Part shown: positions 9,249-19,891 of the stretch, in pieces
Numbering within the stretch: the stretch's first letter is position 1
How the letters are laid out: every line of letters begins with the position of its first letter
Source: Patescibacteria group bacterium
GTDB lineage: Bacteria > Patescibacteriota > Saccharimonadia > UBA4664 > SCTI01
Direction: 5' to 3'
Length of the DNA stretch: 64,000 nucleotides
Assembly (NCBI GenBank): GCA_004297735.1
Contig: SCTI01000002.1
Coordinates: 64,160-128,159 of the forward strand
Program-made: the position numbers and the translations under genes
Notes under the pieces: model-generated
Seen by the model: the letters and a program-made list of their open reading frames with translations, nothing else
Database searches by the model: none
Told to the model about the DNA's origin: nothing

Positions 9249-9492
9249 AGTATCTCTTCTCCCTACAATCGTAAAACTGACCTAAAGGCTACCACAGATT
9301 AGAGGTCGGGTTCAAGGCTGCCCGCGGGTGGATTGGGCTAGTAGCTTGGGTGAACAAAGCACTCTAATTTTAGGTAGTAAAAAATTTTAAGTACTAAATT
9401 AGAGTGCTTTGCGGCCAGTCGTACCGCCGGCCTACCGCTGCATCACCGACTATTGCATAAAAAATGTATACGTAATTTTTACAGGGGCTGTG

Positions 9493-11682
9493 TTAGTTTA
9501 ATACGGTCTGTTTTTCAACCGAAGTCACTCCGTTTTGTAGGCGCAATTCTTGAATTAAGGCGCTCAACGAGAATAAATCGGCCACCTCAACCGTAACGTC
9601 AATGATTGAACGCTCCTCATTCTTACCCTCGTTGTACGTAGCAATTTTAACAATGTTAATACCACGACTAGAGATCAATCCGGTAATGTCATGAACCAGC
9701 CCCAGCCGGTTTTGACAAATCAGGTGCAATTCCGCCTCAACCAAATGAACCTGCATGCTTCCGGGCCGACCCCAGGCACATTCAAACAGTCTTTCGTCAT
9801 CGTTCGGAATATTTTGACAGCCTTTACGGTGCACCGTTACTCCTTTACCTCGAGTAATATACCCAACAATGGCATCGGGTTGCTCCGGGTTGCAGCAGGG
9901 CGCGGTAGAACAAGGTAGCTCCGGCGCGCCCACCACATGCGGCCTAGCGATTGGGCTAGTAGTTGTTTGTTTAACAACGCTTTTTGGCGCCTGAGCATGG
10001 TTGAGGTGCGACAACAAGCGCCGCAAGGCCGAAGCCAACGATAGCGAACCATCGCCCACCGCCGCTAGCAATGAGTCAGCATCATGTAGGTTGAGGTCCT
10101 GGCAGGCTCGGTTGATATTGGCCTTACCAATGTCATCAAACCGCTTTAGACCCCACGTACCTAACTGAGCCTCAATCAGCTGCCGGCCGGTAACAATGTT
10201 GGCGTCGCGACTGGCGGCTTTGAACCAACTTTTTATACGACTTCGTGCCCCGGTGGTCTTAACAAAGTTGAGCCACTGACGATTGGGGGCCGGCTGCTTA
10301 CGCGTGATAATCTCCACCACGTCGCGGTTTTCGAGCGGACGGTCTAGTGGCGCAATTCGGTGGTTTACCCGCGCCCCCTGGGTGCGCAAGCCAACGTCGG
10401 TATGAACCGCAAAAGCAAAGTCGACCGGGGTGGCCCCTTCGGGCAGATCATAAAGGTCGCCCATGGGAGAGAACACAAAGATCCGATCGCGGAACAGATC
10501 AACCTTTAAGTCCTGCATCATGTCGCTGCTGCCGGTTTGCTGAGCCGACAGTGATGCTAAATCTTGAATCCAACTTAGCTTTTTGTTAGGCTTGGCAGCC
10601 GCTTCGCCCTGACGATAACCCTCACCCTGCTTGTGGAGGTCGTACAGCACGTGCGAGGCCAAGCCATACTCTGCCTCTTGGTGCATCTCCGGTGTACGAA
10701 TCTGTACCTCAATAATTCGGCCGTACTTAGCAAAGACCGTGGTGTGGAGCGAACGATAGCCATTGGGCTTTGGCACCGAAATATAGTCTTTGATTCGGTA
10801 TATGAGGGGTTTATATGACTGGTGTAGCAATCCTAGTGCCTGATAGCAGTCGGTGATGCTTGGCACAATAATGCGCAGCGCGGTTAGGTCGTAGATCTTG
10901 GTAATGTCACCATCGGTTTTGGTAAGCTTGCGGTAAATACTGTAGAGGTGCTTGTTACGACCACTCAGCGAATGTGCCTCGATACCATGTTGGCGCAGCA
11001 AAGCGTCTACGTCCTGGCCGAGCTCATCAATGTACTCGCGATTTTCTACCCGGTGGTGAGCCGCCAGCTTCTGAACCAGCTTAAAGGCTACCGGGTTGGC
11101 ATACTCAAAGGCCAGATCCTCCATTTCGGCTTTAAGCGCACCCATACCCAACCGGTCGGCCAGCGGAGCGTAAACGGTTAAACTTTCTTCGGCAATACGG
11201 TGTTGTTTGGCTTCCGGAAGATAGCCCAGCGTCTGCAGGTTGTGTCGCCGATCGGCCAACTTGATCATCAACACCCGCATATCCTTACTCATCGCCAGCA
11301 GCAACTTGCGCATGTTTTCGATACTCGCCGCCTGGCGCTGCTCGGTGGTCTGATCAATTTTGGTGTAACGGACCGTACCAAGCTTGGTAACACCATCAAC
11401 CAATGAGGTGATGGTTGGGCCAAACTGGTCGCTCATTTGCTGCTCGGTTACCGCGGTATCCTCCAGTACATCGTGGAGCAACCCCGCTGCCACGGTTTGA
11501 GCATCCATGCCGATCTCCATAAGGTAGAGCGCTACCTGGCGAGGGTGCTCAATGTAGGATTCGCCACTTTTACGCAGCTGGCCGTCATGTGCCGTGGCTG
11601 CCACCGCATCGGCCAGTTCAATTAACTTACGATCGTCGGCCTGGTACCGTTTTAATTCAGCCTTAAACTCTGCCTGCGACAT
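9493..11682 (-). CDS. relA: Long RSH (p)ppGpp synthetase/hydrolase (HD-SYNTH-TGS-ACT)
   Basis: RKSGESYIEHP, LHDVLED, KLADRRHN, PKPNGYRSLH, EVQIRT, TGS (GATPVDFAF), CCNP, ACT. Confidence 0.95.
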   Translation of the reverse strand: MSQAEFKAELKRYQADDRKLIELADAVAATAHDGQLRKSGESYIEHPRQVALYLMEIGMDAQTVAAGLLHDVLEDTAVTEQQMSDQFGPTITSLVDGVTKLGTVRYTKIDQTTEQRQAASIENMRKLLLAMSKDMRVLMIKLADRRHNLQTLGYLPEAKQHRIAEESLTVYAPLADRLGMGALKAEMEDLAFEYANPVAFKLVQKLAAHHRVENREYIDELGQDVDALLRQHGIEAHSLSGRNKHLYSIYRKLTKTDGDITKIYDLTALRIIVPSITDCYQALGLLHQSYKPLIYRIKDYISVPKPNGYRSLHTTVFAKYGRIIEVQIRTPEMHQEAEYGLASHVLYDLHKQGEGYRQGEAAAKPNKKLSWIQDLASLSAQQTGSSDMMQDLKVDLFRDRIFVFSPMGDLYDLPEGATPVDFAFAVHTDVGLRTQGARVNHRIAPLDRPLENRDVVEIITRKQPAPNRQWLNFVKTTGARSRIKSWFKAASRDANIVTGRQLIEAQLGTWGLKRFDDIGKANINRACQDLNLHDADSLLAAVGDGSLSLASALRRLLSHLNHAQAPKSVVKQTTTSPIARPHVVGAPELPCSTAPCCNPEQPDAIVGYITRGKGVTVHRKGCQNIPNDDERLFECAWGRPGSMQVHLVEAELHLICQNRLGLVHDITGLISSRGINIVKIATYNEGKNEERSIIDVTVEVADLFSLSALIQELRLQNGVTSVEKQTVLN

Positions 11683-11683
11683 C

Positions 11684-13369
11684 TCACTGAATACCCTTTA
11701 GCACCAGCTGCAGCGTTGATTTACCTTGGTACTGATTGTGTTCTAATAAAGCATGTACCGCCACCTCTTGGCCGGAGCGAAGATTGGGATAGTCTTGGGC
11801 CAAGTTAAAGCCGACCGACTCAAAAATCAATCCTTCGGGGCTAGCTAATCGTAACTTAAGATGCTGCTGGTTTTTACCAATAGTATCGAGGGACACCACC
11901 TTGAGGTTGCGAACCTCGAACACCGGCTGGGTGTTGCCCTGACCAAACGGTTCCAGCTGAGCTAGGGCATGGTACAGCTCCCAGTTCAGCTGGTTGGCGT
12001 CATCAAGATCAATATCGGCAACCCGGTCATTGGTGACCTCAAGCTCCGGCTCAACCTCCAGAAAGTGTTCATTGAGCCCCTGTCGTAACAGATTGATGTT
12101 GTCGGCCGGCAAGGTGAAACCAGCGGCCCCGGCATGCCCTCCAAACCGATCAAACAGCTCGGCGTTGGCGGTGATGCCGTCAATTAGAGGGTAGCCCCCA
12201 GCGCTACGGCCAGACCCCTTGGCTACGCCGTCTCTTAGTTCTAGGACCAAAGCTGGCTTACCCCAGCTTTCGGCCAGCTTAGAAGCCACAATACCCACCA
12301 CTCCGGCCGGCCAGCTACTGTCAGCCAGCACCAGCACCGGATCGCTGGCGTAATCGGCCGCTAGCGCGTTGGCCTCTTCAAAGATACGCTGCTGCTCCAG
12401 TTGGCGCTGATGGTTGAGCTCTTCGAGCTGAAAAGCCAACTGCTGCGCCACAATGGGATCCTTAGTCAGCAATAGCTCTAAGCTGAAGTTGGCATGCTCC
12501 ATCCGACCGGCGGCATTTAAGCGCGGTCCCAGCACAAAACCAATCTGGAACGCCCGCAGCGATTCCGGCTCAACCCCAGCACTTTGCATTAAAGCCACCA
12601 GCCCGACCCGCTTGGTTTTTTGCAGCACCACCAGGCCGTACTTTACCAGGGCACGATTCTCGCCCACTAGCGGCATAACATCACAAACGGTGCCCAGCGC
12701 TACCAGATCAAGTAGCCATTTTTCTTGGCCAACATCCGGCATTCCGGTGCGACTCTGCAGCGCCCGCACCAGCGCAAAGGCTACCCCTACGCCTGCCAGC
12801 TCCTTAAACGGATACTCGTCCCCCGGGCGCTTAGGGTTAACCACCGCTACCGCCTGTGGTATTTGATCCGGGACCTCATGATGATCGGTGATAACCATGT
12901 CGATGCCATGTTCGGCGGCCCAAGCCGCCTCGGCCACCGCGGTTATACCGCAATCAACCGTCAGCACCAGGGTGACGCCCTGGGCCGCTAGCTGCTCTAA
13001 AGCCGCTTGGTTCACACCATAGCCCTCTTTGTAGCGATCCGGTATGTAGCTGAGCGGCTCCAATCCATGAGCCTCCAGCACCTCAACCATCAAAGCGGTT
13101 GAGGACACCCCGTCTATATCGTAATCGCCATAAACCGCCACCTTCTCGCCGGCCACAATCGCACGCTGCAACCGCTCAACCGCCTTGGTCATATCGGTCA
13201 TCAAAAAGGGGTCGGCCAGGTCACGGTGGTAGTCGGGGCGCAAAAAGCGATCAATCGCCTCTTCGCCTTCGATGCCACGCTTGCGCAACAAGTCGCGAAC
13301 CAGCGGTGGGAGTTCACTGGTCGACACCATGGTTTGGTCTATATTTGTACTCGAATCATAACCACTCAT
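11684..13369 (-). CDS. recJ: Single-stranded DNA exonuclease RecJ
   Basis: YGDYDIDG, TVDCG, DHH, PRLNAAGR, GGHAGAAG. Confidence 0.96.
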   Translation of the reverse strand: MSGYDSSTNIDQTMVSTSELPPLVRDLLRKRGIEGEEAIDRFLRPDYHRDLADPFLMTDMTKAVERLQRAIVAGEKVAVYGDYDIDGVSSTALMVEVLEAHGLEPLSYIPDRYKEGYGVNQAALEQLAAQGVTLVLTVDCGITAVAEAAWAAEHGIDMVITDHHEVPDQIPQAVAVVNPKRPGDEYPFKELAGVGVAFALVRALQSRTGMPDVGQEKWLLDLVALGTVCDVMPLVGENRALVKYGLVVLQKTKRVGLVALMQSAGVEPESLRAFQIGFVLGPRLNAAGRMEHANFSLELLLTKDPIVAQQLAFQLEELNHQRQLEQQRIFEEANALAADYASDPVLVLADSSWPAGVVGIVASKLAESWGKPALVLELRDGVAKGSGRSAGGYPLIDGITANAELFDRFGGHAGAAGFTLPADNINLLRQGLNEHFLEVEPELEVTNDRVADIDLDDANQLNWELYHALAQLEPFGQGNTQPVFEVRNLKVVSLDTIGKNQQHLKLRLASPEGLIFESVGFNLAQDYPNLRSGQEVAVHALLEHNQYQGKSTLQLVLKGIQ

Positions 13370-13452
13370 CTTGGCCTAAGTATACAGCACATTTAAGAAC
13401 TAAATAATTGCTCGGTAGCGGCCCACACCGGAATGTGTAGGCCGCTCAATGA

Positions 13453-13854
13453 CTAGAACCAGGTGTTGTCTACGACCGAACCGTACGGCAGACCAACTCC
13501 TGGAGGCATGTTCAGGCGATACTTCGCCGCCTCTTCCTGCCTCTCCCACCGCTCGAGCAACCCAATCACTCGGTGACAGAACGACTGATCCTCTATCGAG
13601 CAGTCGATCATGGCCTGATGGTTGGCCCACCAGGTTGCGCGGGCGGTGGACGGGTCGTAAACCCGCCCGTCAGCGTTGGGGCTGCACTTGAGCACCCACT
13701 CCAGCGCGACGCACTCGATGTAGGTCAGCCCGGCCGCTACGAAGTCGCAGCTGCCGTCGGCACGAAGATGCAACTGGTAGCGACGGTGCGCCTCGCGAAG
13801 CGATGGCGTGGGTCGCAGCTGCCGCTTGATGGCCTTGAACAAACTACTCAGCAT
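13453..13854 (-). CDS. Orphan protein, 133 aa (paralog 3 of triplet)
   Basis: GGAGGAG SD before ATG 13854, which overlaps the end of the upstream gene. Confidence 0.65.
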   Translation of the reverse strand: MLSSLFKAIKRQLRPTPSLREAHRRYQLHLRADGSCDFVAAGLTYIECVALEWVLKCSPNADGRVYDPSTARATWWANHQAMIDCSIEDQSFCHRVIGLLERWERQEEAAKYRLNMPPGVGLPYGSVVDNTWF

Positions 13855-14231
13855 GTCGTCTCCTCCAGTCGACCAGGCTGATTGACGGTACGAGCTTGGC
13901 TTGAGGCCAGCTCGATCTGACTCTGCCCTTCCCTGCTGTACATCAGCCACCAGTCGAGCACCTTGATGACGTCGATCGCCATCATGCGCGTTGCGTCGGT
14001 AGCCAATGGAGAATCACGTATGCCCGTCCAGTGATCGAGTAGTCGGTGGATCTGGCTCCAGCCTACAGGCTTAAGCTGGCAGTAGGCGGTTAACTCAGCC
14101 TTGGTAACCACTACATGCAGACTAAACGACTCATCCTGCTCGGCCCGCTCGATATACCGAGCCACCTTCTCGTAAGCGATTGGCCAAGCGCGGTGGTTGG
14201 TCCACCACTGGCGCAGTGCCCTAAAGTGCAT
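13848..14231 (-). CDS. Orphan protein, 127 aa (paralog 2 of triplet)
   Basis: GAGGAGG SD; operon spacing. Confidence 0.65.
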   Translation of the reverse strand: MHFRALRQWWTNHRAWPIAYEKVARYIERAEQDESFSLHVVVTKAELTAYCQLKPVGWSQIHRLLDHWTGIRDSPLATDATRMMAIDVIKVLDWWLMYSREGQSQIELASSQARTVNQPGRLEETTC

Positions 14232-14246
14232 GTCAGCCTCCTCGAC

Positions 14247-14621
14247 CTAGCAGGTCGTTTTTCCCGTCATGCCACTCGGTGCCACCAACGCCTCGGTAGT
14301 ACTGGTCGTGCCACTACGAGCCTGGCGGTCCCAACGAGCCAAAACCGCCGTAACAAAACCTCGGCGCAAAGAGATGCTGGGATCTGTGTGATCCAGAATC
14401 TCCACTCGAGCCGCGAAAGCTTGCTGGGCATTTGAAAACCCATCCCGCCACTGCGCGGCATCGAATTCGCGGCGCAGCAGCCAGACCGAGCGAATTTCGC
14501 CCTCTGCAGCGGCGTACCTCCTGAGCGCTACCTCCTCACTGGCGTACCGACAGGTCGGTAGCACAACCAGGGCGCGAAGAAACTGGCGCCATCCAGGCCA
14601 AACGATCTTCATCAGACTCAC
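14247..14621 (-). CDS. Orphan protein, ~121-124 aa (paralog 1 of triplet)
   Basis: CCCGAAAGGGG upstream; promoter TTGATT-17-TATTCT; the start may be ATG 14612. Confidence 0.65.
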   Translation of the reverse strand: MSLMKIVWPGWRQFLRALVVLPTCRYASEEVALRRYAAAEGEIRSVWLLRREFDAAQWRDGFSNAQQAFAARVEILDHTDPSISLRRGFVTAVLARWDRQARSGTTSTTEALVAPSGMTGKTTC

Positions 14622-14734
14622 CCCTTTCGGGCGTTGTAAAGGACTTGCGTACTGCTTACGGTACTACACGTTACTGAGCAGAATACGCCTACCAGCAGGT
14701 AAAATCAATCCGATTATGCCTGCTTAATAAATAT

Positions 14735-15016
14735 TTAATTAACGCGGCGTTTGGAGGCTTGGGATTTAAGGACAATGCTTTGGAGCTCGCGGTAAAGAGC
14801 AAAGCGCTGGTTGGCGCTGTAAACAACGGTGTTTGACTCCTTTGAGGACTTAACAAAGCCAATTGATTCAAGCTTTTTGAGTTCGCGCTGAACGTTACCG
14901 GGATCTTCGCGGATCATCTGGGCCAACGATCTAACATGCGCCTTTACATCCGGATACTTGGTAAAGACGGTGATAATTTTACGGCGGGTTTTAGATGTGA
15001 TAAACACGTCTAGCAT
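14735..15016 (-). CDS. Winged-helix (ArsR-like) DNA-binding protein
   Basis: SKTRRKII...HVRSLA......GNVQRELKKLESIG...Y.AN pattern. Confidence 0.8.
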   Translation of the reverse strand: MLDVFITSKTRRKIITVFTKYPDVKAHVRSLAQMIREDPGNVQRELKKLESIGFVKSSKESNTVVYSANQRFALYRELQSIVLKSQASKRRVN

Positions 15017-15057
15017 TGTGACTTCTACAACTCTTTATAGAAGCTATACTACCGGAG

Positions 15058-15960
15058 CTATGGCCGTTTGGCAATCCGCTTTTGCTTGTAATTATGCCAA
15101 CTTACCAGCAAAGGTGCGGCGTTAAAGATTGAGGAGTAGGTGCCGGCAGCAATACCTATTAGGAGTGCCAACACAAACTGCTGAATCGACTGGCCGCCAA
15201 ACAGATAAAGTGCCAGAAGTGTTAAAAGAACGGTTAATGAAGTGTTGAGTGAACGAGCCAAGGTTTCAAGAATACTGTTGTTGACGATTTGCTCAAACTC
15301 CCCACGTTGGCGGCGCAGATTCTCGCGAATTCGGTCAAACACCACAATGGTATCGTGCACCGAAAAACCAATTACGGTTAAGATTGCCGTAACAAACAAG
15401 GCATCAATCTCAACCTCAAAGAAGACTCCCAGTAGCGAGAACACTCCCAGTAGCAAAAAGGCATCGTGGAGCATGGTAATAATAGCAGTGACACCAAAGT
15501 TCCAACTGGTCATTGGCGGTGGTACATTGCGGAAGGCAAAGGCGATGTACAGCACAATAGCCAGCGAGGCCAGAGCGATGCTAATAACGGCCTTTTTAGT
15601 AATGTCGGCACTAACCGATGGACCAACGTTTTCGTAACGTACCTCTGGATGACCGGAGCCTTGTAGCTGCGAGGATAATGTCTGCCGATCAAGCTGTTGG
15701 CGCTTCACATCATCGCTACTGCTACGGTAACGGATCAGGGTGTTGTTGCCGGCACTAATAACGGTAACATCTTTGAGCTGTTGCTGATCGGCGATACGCA
15801 GCACCTCGACCTGCTCTACCCCACCCTGCACCTCCATTAACTGACCGCCCCTAAAATCGATACCCAACTTAAGGCCATGCAACATTAATGAGATTGCGCC
15901 TGGTACAATGATGGCCAGCGAAATAGCGTACCACAGCTTGCGTCGTCCGATTATGTTCAT
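15058..15960 (-). CDS. secF: Protein translocase subunit SecF
   Basis: LGIDFRGG, VGPSV, GFSVHDTIVVFDRIRE, GTYSSIF. Confidence 0.96.
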   Translation of the reverse strand: MNIIGRRKLWYAISLAIIVPGAISLMLHGLKLGIDFRGGQLMEVQGGVEQVEVLRIADQQQLKDVTVISAGNNTLIRYRSSSDDVKRQQLDRQTLSSQLQGSGHPEVRYENVGPSVSADITKKAVISIALASLAIVLYIAFAFRNVPPPMTSWNFGVTAIITMLHDAFLLLGVFSLLGVFFEVEIDALFVTAILTVIGFSVHDTIVVFDRIRENLRRQRGEFEQIVNNSILETLARSLNTSLTVLLTLLALYLFGGQSIQQFVLALLIGIAAGTYSSIFNAAPLLVSWHNYKQKRIAKRP

Positions 15961-17300
15961 GGTCGCTCCACCTCCGCACTGCGCACACCGTAAAAGCTTG
16001 GCTTTTGGCCCCAGCTGTAGCGCAAGCTAAGGCGCAAAAGCGTACGCGTCACCACGATGGCGGTAAACATGCTTATGAGCACACCCAAGCCCAGGGTTAC
16101 GGCAAACCCTTTAATCAGCGCGGTCCCCGAAAACAGGTACAGAATTACGCAGGTAATGATGGTGGCAACGTTGGAATCACGAATCGAGGTCCAGGCTCGA
16201 TCAAAGGCCGACTCTAAGGCGGTAGCAAAGGCCTTACCGCTACGTAGCTCTTCCTTCATTCGTTCAAACACTAGGATGTTAGCGTCAACCGCCATACCAA
16301 TACTCAAGATGAATCCAGCGGTTCCAGCCAGGGTTAGAACGATGGAATACGGAGTCAGGCCACTGATTTTATAAATCGTTAATGTCAGTAGCGTATAAAT
16401 AATAAGCGCACCAACGGCAAACACTCCGGCCAAGCGGTAATACGCCACCATAAAGGCTGCCACAACAGCCAAGCCGATAATACCGGCGACCAAGCTCTTG
16501 GCGATCGACTCGCGACCCAGGGTGGGGCCAACGGTGCGCTCTTCGACCAGGGTTACCGGAATCGGCAAAGCGCCGGCGGTAATCTGGTCGGCCACGGTGC
16601 GGGCCTCGGCGATTGAACCAAAGTTGCCCTCCAACTGGGCCCGCCCGTCGGTAATTGGCGAGCTAACGGTGGCCGGCCCAAAGATTGGCTGGTCATCCAG
16701 CAGGGTTAGCAGCTGGCCGTTGGTCTTATTTAGGCGGGTGGTGAGATCACCAAACTGCTTGGTGGCCGGACCCTTCATCTGGAGCGTAACCACCGGTTGG
16801 TTGGACTGACTAAAGCCCACCTCGGCCTTTTCGACGTCCTTACCGGTAATCCCGGTCTCGGTAGGCGTTTGGGTTGAGGGATCAACCTCTAAAAAGGTTA
16901 GCTGCGCGGTCTTACCAATCTTGTTAACCGCCTCAGCCACATTTTGAACCCCTGGCAGCTCAACGATTACACGATCGCTACCCTGACGCTGAACGGTGAT
17001 CTCGGAGGTACCGGCCGGGTTGGCGCGCTTTTGGATTACGTCAATGAGGCCGGTCATGGCCTTTTCGCGGTCGGTTTGGTTGAGCTTGGCCAGCTCAGCC
17101 GCATCGGCCTTAAAGACCAAGTGGGCGCCACCCTGTAAGTCGAGTCCCTGCTTAACCTCCAGGTTGACGTTCTTAATTCCGACAAGTTTAAGCAGGTCGC
17201 TTTCTCGCGGCCAGGTGATAAGTGCGGTGACAATGGTCAGCGCCAGGATTAGCCAAACTTTGGTTCGTAAACTCACAACGTAGTGTAGTGTAGCGTACAA
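15957..17300 (-). CDS. secD: Protein translocase subunit SecD (true start probably a GTG a few codons inside)
   Basis: GLDLQGG, VGPTLG, GMAVDANILVFER, GFAVTL. Confidence 0.96.
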   Translation of the reverse strand: MYATLHYVVSLRTKVWLILALTIVTALITWPRESDLLKLVGIKNVNLEVKQGLDLQGGAHLVFKADAAELAKLNQTDREKAMTGLIDVIQKRANPAGTSEITVQRQGSDRVIVELPGVQNVAEAVNKIGKTAQLTFLEVDPSTQTPTETGITGKDVEKAEVGFSQSNQPVVTLQMKGPATKQFGDLTTRLNKTNGQLLTLLDDQPIFGPATVSSPITDGRAQLEGNFGSIAEARTVADQITAGALPIPVTLVEERTVGPTLGRESIAKSLVAGIIGLAVVAAFMVAYYRLAGVFAVGALIIYTLLTLTIYKISGLTPYSIVLTLAGTAGFILSIGMAVDANILVFERMKEELRSGKAFATALESAFDRAWTSIRDSNVATIITCVILYLFSGTALIKGFAVTLGLGVLISMFTAIVVTRTLLRLSLRYSWGQKPSFYGVRSAEVERP

Positions 17301-17308
17301 TTAAGAGT

Positions 17309-19264
17309 ATGAGCAAGGTGGCGACAAAAAATTACGTGGTGGTTTCACCGCTTACCTACACCGGCGCCGAAACGCGCGGCTTTACCTATGACAGCGGCGA
17401 ACAAGAGCTGCCGGTCGGTCAGATCGTCAAAGTGCCTCTTGGGCGGCGCCAGAGCCTGGGCGTGGTTACTCAAATCAACCTACCTAAACCAGAATTCGCT
17501 ACCAAGCCGGTTAGCGAGGTGCTCGACCTCCCGCCTCTACCCGCACATATCACCAATCTTGCAACCTGGATGCAAGATTACTACTACGCCAGCGCTAAGT
17601 CGGTCTGGCAGACCCTGCTACCGGCCGGCATCACGCGTAAGCGACGAATAAAAGAGGTTGAGCCAAGCCCGCTCACTCTTAAACCCTCAACCGAACCACT
17701 TACCGCCGAGCAGGAGGCTGCAATTAAGGTGGTTGAAACTGGCCAGCGCCCGACCACTCTGATTCGGGGCGTTACTGGGGCTGGCAAGACCCGTATTTAC
17801 ATGGAGCTGGTGGCGACCGAGCTGGCCAAGGGTAACTCGGCCATTATCTTGGTGCCAGAGATCGCCCTTACGCCTCAGCTGCTAGCGTTGTTTCACGCTC
17901 GCTTCCCTAACCGCATCCTGGCTTATCATTCAACCTTAACCGAGAGCCAAAAACATGTGGCCTGGCAACGTGCCCTGCTCAGCGAGGAGCCAATGGTGGT
18001 GGTTGGCGCCCGATCGGGTCTGTTTTTGCCACTAGCGCGTCTTGGCCTGGTGGTTATTGATGAGTGCCACGAAACCAGCTACAAGCAAGAACAGAACCCG
18101 CGCTACCACGCCGTAACCGCCGCCGCTCAGCTGGCTCGCCTGGCCGGCGCCAAGCTGGTGCTCGGGAGCGCCACCCCTGGCGTCCAAGAGGCTTACTTGG
18201 CGAGCGAAGGGCGCCTCAACCTAGCCGAGCTAACCAAGCGCGTCCAAAACCGTAGCCACCCCGAGATCAAGGTAATTGATATGCGTCAGGCCGAGGTCAA
18301 ACAGTGCGGCAGTCAGATCTCCCGGCCACTGCTACAAGCACTAACGGAAACGCTGGAGGCTGGCCGCCAATCTTTACTGTTTATTAACCGCCGCGGTAGC
18401 GCCAGTAGTCATCAGTGTGACGATTGTGGCTACGTCAGCAGTTGCCCCACCTGCCATCTGCCTCTTACCTTCCACGGCGATCGCACCAAGCTGCTCTGCC
18501 ACATCTGTAACTACCAGCTCACCCCACCAGCAATCTGTCCCGAATGCAGCCATGCCAGCTTTAAGTTTCTTGGTGGCGGCACGCAGCGAATTGAGGCCGA
18601 CATTCAGCGGCTGCTGCCAAAAGCTCGACTGGCGCGACTCGATAAAGACAGTGCTCGCGGCCACGACCTGGCCGAACTTCACCGCCAGCTCCACGCCGGT
18701 GAGATCGACATCTTGATTGGCACCCAGATGATCGCCAAGGGCCTGGACCTGCCGGCCCTCGACACGGTTGGGGTGATTAACGCCGACACCATGCTGCACA
18801 TGCCCGACTACAGCGCCAGCGAGCGCACCTATCAGCTCCTCACCCAGGTGGCAGGTCGAGCTGGGCGGGGCGATGCCAGCGGCATGGTCTACATTCAGAC
18901 CCACAGCCCAACTCACCCGGCGGTGACCGCAACGGTTAACGGCGACTACTGGAAGTTCGCCAATGCTGAGCTAGCGGAGCGCCAAGAACATGGCTACCCA
19001 CCCTTCCGCTATCTGTTAAAGCTAACCGTGTCCCACCAGGATAAAGCCACCGCCTCTAGAAGAGCCCAGGAGCTATATGGTAAACTTGGCCAGGTAGAGC
19101 AGGTTCGCCGTCTCGGTCCCGCCCCCGCTTTATACGACCGCGCCGGAGGTCAGTACCACTGGCATATCATCGTTAAAGCCGCCTCCCGCCCCCGCTTGCT
19201 AGCTGTTGCTAAGCTGTTGCCGGACTGGTGTAAGACCGATATTGACCCGATTAATCTGCTATAA
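17309..19264 (+). CDS. priA: Primosomal protein N' (PriA)
   Basis: GVTGAGKT, LVPEIALTPQ, DECH, Cys-rich zinc motifs, GTQMIAKGLD, QVAGRAGR. Confidence 0.96.
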   Translation: MSKVATKNYVVVSPLTYTGAETRGFTYDSGEQELPVGQIVKVPLGRRQSLGVVTQINLPKPEFATKPVSEVLDLPPLPAHITNLATWMQDYYYASAKSVWQTLLPAGITRKRRIKEVEPSPLTLKPSTEPLTAEQEAAIKVVETGQRPTTLIRGVTGAGKTRIYMELVATELAKGNSAIILVPEIALTPQLLALFHARFPNRILAYHSTLTESQKHVAWQRALLSEEPMVVVGARSGLFLPLARLGLVVIDECHETSYKQEQNPRYHAVTAAAQLARLAGAKLVLGSATPGVQEAYLASEGRLNLAELTKRVQNRSHPEIKVIDMRQAEVKQCGSQISRPLLQALTETLEAGRQSLLFINRRGSASSHQCDDCGYVSSCPTCHLPLTFHGDRTKLLCHICNYQLTPPAICPECSHASFKFLGGGTQRIEADIQRLLPKARLARLDKDSARGHDLAELHRQLHAGEIDILIGTQMIAKGLDLPALDTVGVINADTMLHMPDYSASERTYQLLTQVAGRAGRGDASGMVYIQTHSPTHPAVTATVNGDYWKFANAELAERQEHGYPPFRYLLKLTVSHQDKATASRRAQELYGKLGQVEQVRRLGPAPALYDRAGGQYHWHIIVKAASRPRLLAVAKLLPDWCKTDIDPINLL

Positions 19265-19303
19265 ATTCATTAAACCTTTATTAAATACTCCTAGATTTAA
19301 ACC

Positions 19304-19873
19304 ATGAGCGCCAAACAGACCACAAAAACCAGCCCCAAAGACGACATTATTAGCCTGCCCGATCCTCGCCTGCACACCAAGTCGCAGCGCATCGGCTATA
19401 TCGACGAATCAACCCAGCAGCTCGCCGAGCACATGATTGCCGCTACTCTCGACTGGGAGGAGTCACGCGACCACGAGTTTGGGGCTGCTCTGGCCGCCGT
19501 CCAGTTAGGCAAGCTTTACCGTGTGGTTGTCATCCGTAACGAGTTTGAAGACAAAGCCGACAAAAGCTTTGGCGTCTTTATTAACCCCGAGATCGTCAAG
19601 GTTGAGGGTGAGCCAGAAGAGGCCATGGAGGGCTGCCTAAGCGTACCAGATCGTTACGGTATGGTTGCCCGCTACCCCAAGGTTAAGGTAAAGGCGCTCA
19701 ACCTCGAAGGCAAGCCAGTAAGGATCACCGCTACCGGCTTTTTGGCTCGGGTCTTTCAGCACGAGATCGATCACACCAATGGCAAGCTGTTTGTTGACCA
19801 CATTACCGACCCAAACAAGCTTTTTACCCTTCAACCTGACGGCAATTTTAGTAAGTATTCTCCTAAAAAATAA
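19304..19873 (+). CDS. def: Peptide deformylase
   Basis: ALAAVQLG, EGCLS, QHEIDH. Confidence 0.95.
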   Translation: MSAKQTTKTSPKDDIISLPDPRLHTKSQRIGYIDESTQQLAEHMIAATLDWEESRDHEFGAALAAVQLGKLYRVVVIRNEFEDKADKSFGVFINPEIVKVEGEPEEAMEGCLSVPDRYGMVARYPKVKVKALNLEGKPVRITATGFLARVFQHEIDHTNGKLFVDHITDPNKLFTLQPDGNFSKYSPKK

Positions 19874-19891
19874 ACGTGCTACCATACCACT

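Noticed and set aside
9355-9411. CIRCE element (AGCACTC...GAGTGCT)
   Set aside because: Spacer is far longer than 9 bp, outer bases differ, and no chaperone gene is adjacent
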